From positions 1,582-65,581 of the forward strand of contig CAJOIQ010000004.1 of NCBI GenBank assembly GCA_905234795.1: a stretch of 64,000 nucleotides of DNA, written 5' to 3'. Under the pieces are notes generated by a model, which searched no databases, was not told the DNA's origin, and saw nothing but the letters and a program-made list of their open reading frames with translations. Position 1 is the first letter of the stretch, and each line of letters opens with the position of its first letter. The translations under genes and the position numbers were made by a program. Of the stretch, positions 51,304 to 58,374 are shown piece after piece. This stretch comes from an uncultured Bacteroidales bacterium. GTDB lineage: Bacteria; Bacteroidota; Bacteroidia; Bacteroidales; UBA932.

Positions 51304-51413
51304 AGTCTAATACGTTCTATATCTTTGCAAATATAAGCATTTTTTCCAAAAGTGTACTATTCCCCGCCGCCTCCCTTGATATTGCCATAGGGAACCCTTT
51401 CACATATTGGGTG

Positions 51414-51554
51414 TATTATGACCGCGTTGACAACCAGAACGCATAGAACGGCGATTCCGTGTCAACGCGGCCGCGTTTTTCCCAAAAAAGGCCGATTCTG
51501 TTGCCGCGTTGACAAAAAATCGGCCTCTGGTGCATTCTGCGTGTCAACGCGGCT
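51414..51554. repeat. BIME-like doublet (unit A 51421-51471, 31-nt linker, unit B 51503-51553); left terminal repeat of the 6.4-kb segment
   Basis: Each unit is (G)CCGCGTTGACA-N27-TGTCAACGCGGC; near-identical inverted copy at 57660-57800. Confidence 0.9.
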
Positions 51555-51575
51555 GGGGAAGAACACGGGGGCCTG

Positions 51576-51606
51576 TTTGAATTCTCGGGGCTTTTGGGTA
51601 CCTTTG
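51576..51606 (+). promoter_or_regulatory. Full Bacteroidota sigma-A promoter for the EamA gene
   Basis: TTTG (51576-51579), 19-nt spacer, TACCTTTG (51599-51606). Confidence 0.7.
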
Positions 51607-51616
51607 CTCTTAAGTT

Positions 51617-53119
51617 ATGGACGAGAGACGCTTTCGATATCACCTTCTTGCACTGGCGGTTGTGGCAGTGTGGGGTGTGACCTTTGTCTCCACGAAGGTG
51701 CTCATTGGGGCAGGAATGCACCCGGTGGCCATATTTCTGGTCCGTTTTATCCTGGCCTACGCAGGAATCTGGCTGTATATTGGCCTCACAAGGCAGAAGG
51801 CTCAACTCTGGTACGGTTGGAAAGACGAACTCGTTTTCCTGATTCTGGGGGTGACCGGCGGGTCCTTCTATTTCCTCACGGAGAACACCGCCCTGGCCTA
51901 TACACAGGCGTGTAATGTGGCTTTCCTGGTTTGTTCTGCGCCGCTTTTTACGGCCATTTTCACCTTGATTTTCAAGCGGTTGTGGAAAGGACGTTTCGCC
52001 GATGGCCTGGAGAACATCCGCCTGGGATGGCCCCTCATAGGGGGGACGTTGCTGGCACTCGGAGGAATGGCCATCGTGGTTTTTGACGGAGCCAGGCTGC
52101 AGCTATCTGCTAAAGGGGACCTGCTTGCCATCGGCGCCGCCCTCTGCTGGGCTGCCTACAGTCTGTTTATGGCCCAGATGACCAAGGATTATGGAACTGT
52201 AACGGCAACCAGGAAAGTATTTTTCTACGGGCTCTTCACCATTTTGCCTTTCATCGGCGGCTACCGGGATTCCTTTACTCCCGCCATCCTGGGCCAGACG
52301 GCCGTGTGGACCAACCTCCTCTTCCTGGGACTCATCGCTTCCCTGGTGTGCTTCATCTTTTGGAACCTGGTAATGGAAAAGCTGGGGAACGTCACTTCCA
52401 CCAATTACGTGTACCTGAACCCGGTCTTCACCCTTCTTACGGCCACAGTGCTTCTGGGAGAGCGGATGACCCTGCTGGCAGGCATCGGCTGTGCGGCCAT
52501 CCTGGCTGGTGTCATCTGGGCCGGCGGCGCCCATGCTCCGGCCGACAAAGAAATGAAGCGCGCCCTCCACACGCCCCTTGTTGTCCTTTTCTGCCTTTTC
52601 CTATTGCCGGGTTGCTCCAGCCTGCGCGGAAAGGAAGCTCTACGGCAGGGAATCGAGTCTATCTCCTTGATGAAGCAGCTGGGTACCGTGGAATGCCGGG
52701 TGCGGAAGATCATCAAGGCCGATGACCAGGGCGAATGGTACAAGATTGGGGACCGCAAAATCCTTTTCACCTGCACGGCTTATCTCAAGGCCGGCATCGA
52801 CCTTTCTTCCTTCAGTGCCGATGACATCGTCACGGACCGCCTGGCCAGGAAAGTGACCGTCACCCTCCCTCACGCCACCCTTCTTTCGCTGGACATTCCC
52901 CCCTCCGAGATTCGGGAAGAGTACGATCAGGTGACCCTCTTCCGCTCATCATTTTCCATCCAGGAGCGAAACGACCTTCTCAAGCAGGGGGAACGGCAAA
53001 TCCGCAACAGCGTCCCTTCCCTGGGCATTCTCCAAAAAGCCGAGGAGAACGCCCGGAAGTTTTTTGAATCGGCCTTCGGAGCCATGGGTTTCACTACCGT
53101 GGAGGTGGAGTTTAGATAG
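51617..53119 (+). CDS. EamA/DMT transporter read in frame into a DUF4230-type lipoprotein
   Basis: First ~300 aa: two EamA repeats (WG.TF, GDLLA, YVYLNPVF). From internal ATG 52553: MKRALHT...LLPGC lipobox plus LKAGIDL and VTLPHATLL. Confidence 0.75.
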   Translation: MDERRFRYHLLALAVVAVWGVTFVSTKVLIGAGMHPVAIFLVRFILAYAGIWLYIGLTRQKAQLWYGWKDELVFLILGVTGGSFYFLTENTALAYTQACNVAFLVCSAPLFTAIFTLIFKRLWKGRFADGLENIRLGWPLIGGTLLALGGMAIVVFDGARLQLSAKGDLLAIGAALCWAAYSLFMAQMTKDYGTVTATRKVFFYGLFTILPFIGGYRDSFTPAILGQTAVWTNLLFLGLIASLVCFIFWNLVMEKLGNVTSTNYVYLNPVFTLLTATVLLGERMTLLAGIGCAAILAGVIWAGGAHAPADKEMKRALHTPLVVLFCLFLLPGCSSLRGKEALRQGIESISLMKQLGTVECRVRKIIKADDQGEWYKIGDRKILFTCTAYLKAGIDLSSFSADDIVTDRLARKVTVTLPHATLLSLDIPPSEIREEYDQVTLFRSSFSIQERNDLLKQGERQIRNSVPSLGILQKAEENARKFFESAFGAMGFTTVEVEFR

Positions 53120-53128
53120 GGAGGTGCC

Positions 53129-53764
53129 ATGAAAAAAACAATAATATTTTTTCTGTCCATCCTGATGCTGGCCGGCCTCTTCTTGATCCGTTCCCGGCAC
53201 AGGACGGAACGCGGCCTTTCCATTGACGACACGCCCGTCATCGCTACCCGGATACGGGCTCTGGGAGAACTGACCACCGCCTGTTTCTACGACGAAATCA
53301 TCATTTCCGACACCAAAGAAAACGCCCTGTCTTCTTCCCAGCTGGGTTCTCTGGCAAAGGAGAAGCTGGGGAAGGACCTGGACGACCATCTGGTCATCAT
53401 CGCCCGCGGAACCGTCCGTGCAGGAATCGACCTCCGGCGGATGGATGACCACAATATCCGCGTTGCGGGAGATACCGTCGTCGTCCGGCTGCCTTATCCG
53501 CAGTATCTGGACATCATCCTCAACCCCTCCGACTTCGAAGTGTTTGCCGAATCGGGCCGATGGACCCAGCGACAGTTCTCCAGGCTCCAGGAATCAGCCC
53601 GGCGCAGACTGCTCATGGAGGCCGATGACGCCGGCCTTCTGCAAAAAGCCTACGACGGCGCGATGGACGCCATCGTCGATCTTCTTACCGCCTGCGGCTA
53701 TACCTACATCCGCTTCGACCACCCCGGCTCCCAACTCCGGATGCCTTCGCCCCAGCCGCGTTGA
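53129..53764 (+). CDS. DUF4230-type protein
   Basis: N-terminal anchor, IRALGELTT, VRAGIDL and VVVRLPYPQ; paralog of the preceding C-terminal domain. Confidence 0.8.
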   Translation: MKKTIIFFLSILMLAGLFLIRSRHRTERGLSIDDTPVIATRIRALGELTTACFYDEIIISDTKENALSSSQLGSLAKEKLGKDLDDHLVIIARGTVRAGIDLRRMDDHNIRVAGDTVVVRLPYPQYLDIILNPSDFEVFAESGRWTQRQFSRLQESARRRLLMEADDAGLLQKAYDGAMDAIVDLLTACGYTYIRFDHPGSQLRMPSPQPR

Positions 53765-53805
53765 CACGCAGAATGCACCAGGGGCCGATTTTTTGTCGAC
53801 GCGGC
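53755..53805. repeat. Single unit B repeat between the DUF4230 gene and the transposase 3' end
   Basis: GCCGCGTTGACA-N27-TGTCGACGCGGC; contains the TGA of the DUF4230 gene and ends 1 nt before the transposase stop. Confidence 0.9.
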
Positions 53806-53806
53806 A

Positions 53807-54724
53807 TTACAGTATTACCAGGCAACGCCGAATCTGGGCATCGGGGAGGTGGAAATCGTATTGCAGCTGTTGGGCCAGGCGCTGTTTCTGGGTGTCAGTG
53901 AGTTGGTAGACGGACGTCGCTCCATATCTGGGGAGAAGGTCGTGGTCGATTAAGTGGCAGACATCCAGATCCTGCAAACGGGAGCGGCTAAACTGACGCC
54001 CATTCTCGTTCTTCAGCATCTGAGCGATTGACTTTTCATCGGCATTTTCTACCATCTCCAGTGTGATGGGGGCTCCCGTCCGGTCTTGTTCCTGATCGCG
54101 CGACCAACTCTCGTCTGTGAGTCGGTTCATCTGGTACAGGTAGTTGCGGGGTGAGGCATAGTATTGCTCGGCCCGGCGAATCTCCATAAAACTGCTGCGG
54201 AGGAAAACGCCCTCGGCATTCATCTGGTACTGGTCCGGGAACTCCGAATGTCGGGGTAGATAAGAGGCAATCTCCTGCCGGGACAATGACGCCGCTGTTT
54301 CTGACGACAGGCCGATATCCTCGGCAAAGAGGTCTCGCGCCGTGCAATACTTATAGCCCAGCGCCGTTGCCGCCGCACCGTGATGAAGCCCGTTCCGGAG
54401 AATGTAGTTCTGCAAAACCATCTGGTGATAGAAGCCCTCCACTTTCAACAGATAAGTGTATTTTTCTCCGAAACGGCCCTTCCGGTCATATTTGTGATTG
54501 AAGTATTTGGTGTAGGACATCCTGAGCGCTGCGGCAAACGCCAACGGCGTACTCGTAAACACATTCTGGTGTACGTGAGTGGACATTTCCGCATCCACGA
54601 GGATTTCCGTATCAGAAGCAAATGCCCGTAGCGCCATCAGATTCAACATCATGTTGTGGTCTTCCTCGTCCCGAAACATCACCTCCTGATGGGATGTGAA
54701 ACAGATATGATACGATTCCTTCAT
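53807..54724 (-). mobile_element. HUH/Y1 (IS200-like) transposase, REP-associated tyrosine transposase (RAYT) type, with C-terminal extension
   Basis: N-terminal YHI, F.D.ED, HUH motif MSTHVH, YFNHKYDRKGRF, and catalytic Tyr in YILRNGLHHG (cf. RAYT YIxxNP); adjacent palindromic repeats. Confidence 0.8.
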
Positions 54725-54892
54725 GGAACAAACATAAGGCAAAGTGGATACAAAACCAAGGACTGTTTTGCCATCGGCTAAAAGAATTTACGTTTTGACG
54801 GATTGAGGTGCATTTTTTTAAGTTTTAGCCGATTATTCGGCTGAAAAATATCTGTTTTGCAGGTTGCCAAGCTACGATTCTAGAATAATTCG

Positions 54893-54900
54893 TATATTTG
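54893..54900 (+). promoter_or_regulatory. -7 element (TATATTTG) upstream of the MTase leader
   Basis: TAnnTTTG match about 250 nt upstream of ATG 55153. Confidence 0.6.
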
Positions 54901-54903
54901 TAG

Positions 54904-55128
54904 TGTATCCCCGGTGGATACAAGACATATGTAATTTAGCATTTGCTATTTATTCGGTTGCCCGAAACCTGAGAAATTTCACCTGTCAACCCGGATGAGT
55001 CAGCGAATGTCTGCGCCTTGGCGTGGACTGGACTTATCTGTTGACTAGGCTTTCTCAGGGCCGCGGGCATGGATTAGAAAAGTCCATGCCTTTTTCGTGC
55101 CCTGGAGCGCCTGAGTCAAGGATAAGTC
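54904..55128 (+). ncRNA. candidate structured leader/attenuator RNA with a 17-codon uORF (54995-55048)
   Basis: Hairpin tgtatcc/ggataca, long stem 54968-54990 with 55040-55059, terminator, and downstream segment 55109-55128 complementary to 55031-55050. Confidence 0.55.
55066..55095 (+). terminator. intrinsic terminator inside the MTase leader
   Basis: ggcatgga-(9-nt loop)-tccatgcc-ttttt. Confidence 0.75.
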
Positions 55129-55152
55129 GCAAGTGCCGTAAGAGCGCAGCTT

Positions 55153-56331
55153 ATGGCCAACAATTCGAATCTTGGCGCCGCTAAGGCTGCCAAGAACGAC
55201 GAGTTCTACACCCAGTATGCCGATATCCAAAAAGAAGTCAATGCATACCTGGAGTACAACCCGGACACCTTCCGTGACAAGACGGTGCTTTTGCCGTGCG
55301 ACGACCCGGAATGGAGCAATTTCACCCGATTCTTTGCCCAGAACTTCGAACGCCTGGGTTTGAAACGGCTCATCAGCACTTCTTACGCCGTTGAGAGCAA
55401 GAAGTACAAGGACTACGAGCCCACCCTTTTTGAGACAGAGAGTCCCTTGTTCGACATGGACAAGACCCGCATCAAGGGCAAAATCTTCGAACTTACCCGG
55501 GACACCAACCAGAATGGCCGCATCGACATCGATGACCTCGAGTGGCATTACTTGGAGGGTGATGGTGACTTCCGCAGTCCGGAAGTGTGCGCCCTCCGCG
55601 ACCAGGCCGATATCATCGTTACCAATCCTCCGTTCTCGTTATTCAGAGAGTTCGTTGCGTGGATAATTAATTCAAATAAACAGTTTCTTATCATAGGGCA
55701 TCAAGGAAGTATTGGGTACAATGAAATCTTTCCCCTGATTCAGTTCAACAAGATGTGGTTGGGAATGGGATTCGCCGGTGGTGCCGGGCATTTTATAAGC
55801 CCTTATGAAGATCATGCTGTTGCTGGGAACCATAAAAAAGGAATGATACGAGTTTCGGGTGTAACATGGTTTACAAACATAGATCATGGTCGACGTCATC
55901 AGCCGATGATACTGATGAGCATGAAAGACAACATACGATATGGGAAGCACAAGGATCTTAAAGAAAGTGGATATCGAACATATGACAATTACGATGCTCT
56001 TGAGGTCCCGTATTCAGATGCCATTCCTTCCGACTACGAAGGGGTTATGGGTGTTCCAATCACTTATTTGGATAAGTACTGTCCGGATCAATTCGAAATC
56101 GTTGGTATTACAAAAACTAAGTTTAAATTGGCCTCCAAGATTTACCCGGAGCAGATTCAGATCAATAAAGACGGAACAAAACAAAGGGTAACAAAGCTAA
56201 ACGACGGTCCTGTACTAAAGATAAATAATCCTCCTGCTAACCAGGTGTACTATATGGTTGGGAACGAAATGTATATTCAATTATACACTCGAATTCTTAT
56301 TCGCAAAAAACATAATGACCAGGCTGAATAG
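55153..56331 (+). CDS. adenine-specific DNA methyltransferase, EcoRI family
   Basis: AKNDEFYTQY, LPCDDPEWSNF, GDGDFRS, motif IV TNPPFSLFREF, and YDNYDALEVP...MGVPITYLDKY. Confidence 0.88.
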   Translation: MANNSNLGAAKAAKNDEFYTQYADIQKEVNAYLEYNPDTFRDKTVLLPCDDPEWSNFTRFFAQNFERLGLKRLISTSYAVESKKYKDYEPTLFETESPLFDMDKTRIKGKIFELTRDTNQNGRIDIDDLEWHYLEGDGDFRSPEVCALRDQADIIVTNPPFSLFREFVAWIINSNKQFLIIGHQGSIGYNEIFPLIQFNKMWLGMGFAGGAGHFISPYEDHAVAGNHKKGMIRVSGVTWFTNIDHGRRHQPMILMSMKDNIRYGKHKDLKESGYRTYDNYDALEVPYSDAIPSDYEGVMGVPITYLDKYCPDQFEIVGITKTKFKLASKIYPEQIQINKDGTKQRVTKLNDGPVLKINNPPANQVYYMVGNEMYIQLYTRILIRKKHNDQAE

Positions 56332-56466
56332 ACAGAGGCTTCGGACGGCGTAGCCGCCCGTGGCTTCGTGAACGGGAGGGGCCCAGAGGAGATTGCCGGT
56401 CGAAGCCGGCAATGACGAATGGGAGGGATAGTCCCGCAGGGACGTACCGGCCCGAAGCCTCTGTCT
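56330..56466. mobile_element. MITE-like element (core 56333-56463) with a nested GTCATT...AATCTCC repeat
   Basis: 15-bp IR agacagaggcttcgg/ccgaagcctctgtct; inverted homolog of 2665-2769; nested unit at 56388-56416. Confidence 0.8.
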
Positions 56467-56488
56467 GTCAGCCCAAAAAGACAAAGAT

Positions 56489-57661
56489 ATGATAGCACGA
56501 CTTGTAACCGACTGGAGCATCGGCGACATTTGCAAAGGATTCCAGTACAACGAATACGAAGGCAAGGGGCTGTACGGCCTGTCCGGGCGGCTGACCATTC
56601 AGCCCGAATTCCAGCGCCATTACCTTTATGCCGAGAACGGCGGCAAGAAGGAGGTAGATGTCATCCAGTCCGTGCGGAACGGCTATCCGCTGGGCCTCAT
56701 CTATTTCTCCAAGGTAGGAGAAGACCGTTATGAGGTCCTCGACGGCCAGCAGCGCATCACCTCGCTGGGCCGTTTCATCACCGAGAAATTCGCCTGGATT
56801 GATGCCGATGGCAAGCCCTGGTACTTCACTGCCTTCAATAAAGACGAGCAGGAGAAGTTCCTGAACACCAAACTGCTCATCTATGTCTGTGAAGGCACGG
56901 AGAAGGAAATCAAGGACTGGTTCCGCACCATCAACATTGTCGGCATTCCGCTCAACAATCAGGAGACGCTGAATGCCGTATATTCCGGGCCGTTTGTAAC
57001 CAAGGCCAAAGAGGAGTTCTCCAACTCCAACAACACCAACATCAACAAGTGGAACTGCTTCATTCCCGGTACCGCTAAGCGGCAGGACTATCTGGCCGCC
57101 GCGCTGGACTGGGTAAGCAAGGGAAATGTGGAAGAGTATATGGCGGCCCATCGGTACGACGATGACATCACCGAACTCAAGGCCTATTTCACTTCCGTCA
57201 TCGACTGGATTACCTCCGTTTTTGACATCACGCCGGAGAAGGAAATGTGCGGGCTCAAGTGGGGTGAGCTCTACGAGCGCTTCCATAAATCGGCCTATGA
57301 TCCGGCCGCCGTGGCCGAAAAGGTCCGGGAACTGTACGAGAGCTTCTACGTGAAAGAGAAGAGGGGCATCTACGAATACATACTGGACGGCTGCCAGAAC
57401 ACGAAACTGCTCAACGTCCGCGTGTTTGATGAGCCCACCAAAAAGGCTGTTTATGCCCAGCAGACGGCCGCTGCCAGGGAGAAGGGCGAATCCAACTGCC
57501 CGCTATGCGCCATCGGCCACGATGCCAATCACACCAAAATCTGGGACTTGAAGGATATGGACGCCGACCACGTCACCGCGTGGAGCAGGGGCGGCGCGAC
57601 GGACATCGGCAATTGCCAGATGCTTTGCAAAACCCACAACCGCGCCAAAGGTAACCGTTAG
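56489..57661 (+). CDS. DUF262 (GmrS-like) plus HNH endonuclease domain protein
   Basis: QPEFQRHY and [11 protein letters not shown]262 motifs; C-terminal CPLC...[12 protein letters not shown]...[16 protein letters not shown]. Confidence 0.88.
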   Translation: MIARLVTDWSIGDICKGFQYNEYEGKGLYGLSGRLTIQPEFQRHYLYAENGGKKEVDVIQSVRNGYPLGLIYFSKVGEDRYEVLDGQQRITSLGRFITEKFAWIDADGKPWYFTAFNKDEQEKFLNTKLLIYVCEGTEKEIKDWFRTINIVGIPLNNQETLNAVYSGPFVTKAKEEFSNSNNTNINKWNCFIPGTAKRQDYLAAALDWVSKGNVEEYMAAHRYDDDITELKAYFTSVIDWITSVFDITPEKEMCGLKWGELYERFHKSAYDPAAVAEKVRELYESFYVKEKRGIYEYILDGCQNTKLLNVRVFDEPTKKAVYAQQTAAAREKGESNCPLCAIGHDANHTKIWDLKDMDADHVTAWSRGGATDIGNCQMLCKTHNRAKGNR

Positions 57662-57800
57662 CCGCGTTGACACGCAGAATGCACCAGAGGCCGATTTTTT
57701 GTCAACGTGGCAATGAAATCGGCCCTTTTTGGGAAAAACGCAGCCGCGTTGACACGGAATCGCCGTTCTACGCGTTCTGGATGTCAACGCGGCCATAATA
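57660..57800. repeat. BIME-like doublet (unit B 57661-57711, 31-nt linker, unit A 57743-57793); right terminal repeat
   Basis: Inverted near-identical copy of 51414-51554, including terminal tattatg/cataata. Confidence 0.9.
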
Positions 57801-57820
57801 AAATGTTGCCTCCAGAGGGG

Positions 57821-57972
57821 AGAGAGACTCCCGCCGGGGGGCTTGTCCACCCCCGGACGAGGGCAGGGGGAGGGGCCCGCCGGAGACAAGTTCCCAAAGG
57901 GGACGAAGGAAACGGTGGGAGGGGCCGGAATGGAGCGAAGCGGAATGGAGTCCCCCCGGTGGGAGTCTCTCT
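57821..57972. repeat. 152-bp MITE-like element with 21-bp terminal inverted repeats
   Basis: agagagactcccgccgggggg (57821-57841) and ccccccggtgggagtctctct (57952-57972), one mismatch. Confidence 0.65.
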
Positions 57973-57992
57973 TCCCGCTGCCCTAGCAACCC

Positions 57993-58286
57993 TTACAGCG
58001 CATCCTCAACGGGGAGGACGTAGGCGCGGAGGCCGAGGTCCTTGTTGGCGGCGTCGGTGGCGCGGAGGGCGTCCATCACCTTGGGGACAAGGGCGTCTTC
58101 CAGGGCGGTGAAAAGGGCGTGGTTCTGGGTGGGCCAGGCGTGGTTGCCCAGGTGGGGCTCGCCGTCCACGGTGCCGCGGCCGCCCACCTGTTCCCACACG
58201 GTATACCCGCGCTGTCCAAAACCCGCCAGCAGCTCTACAATCTCCTGATTGTAAGCCTGGTTATATGCTACGAATATTGCTTTCAT
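57993..58286 (-). CDS. P-II-like small protein associated with the RND operon (PG0541-type)
   Basis: MKAIFVAYNQA...GYTVWEQVGGRG...EPHLG..AWP, a GlnB-like pattern; last gene of the efflux operon. Start set at ATG 58286. Confidence 0.7.
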   Translation of the reverse strand: MKAIFVAYNQAYNQEIVELLAGFGQRGYTVWEQVGGRGTVDGEPHLGNHAWPTQNHALFTALEDALVPKVMDALRATDAANKDLGLRAYVLPVEDAL

Positions 58287-58310
58287 CTTTTGTTTCTTTG
58301 TCTTTTCCAA

Positions 58311-58372
58311 GGCGCTCTGCAGAGCGCCCGGCCAGAGGCCGCAGGGGTTTTTAAGGGGGCAGCGCCCCCTCA
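58311..58372 (+). repeat. REP-like element, intergenic homolog of the trmB insertion
   Basis: Perfect palindrome ggcgctctgcagagcgcc, then cggcc..aggccgc..agggggcagcgccccctca. Confidence 0.75.
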
Positions 58373-58374
58373 GA

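Noticed and set aside
51414-51554. Possible CRISPR array (constant-length spacers)
   Set aside because: The arms alternate in orientation, there are only two units per locus, spacers are shared between loci, and no cas genes are present.
51416-51915. ORFs 51418-51915 and 51416-51805, and their relatives 57503-57889, 57707-58111 and 56277-56598
   Set aside because: They are translations of the repeat elements, and their mutual similarity simply reflects the DNA repeats.
53807-54742. Classical IS200/IS605 insertion sequence
   Set aside because: No TnpB, the protein is about twice the length of IS200 TnpA, and it is associated with dispersed palindromic units; a RAYT-like assignment fits better. 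The MPYVCS extension to 54742 is probably upstream of the true start.
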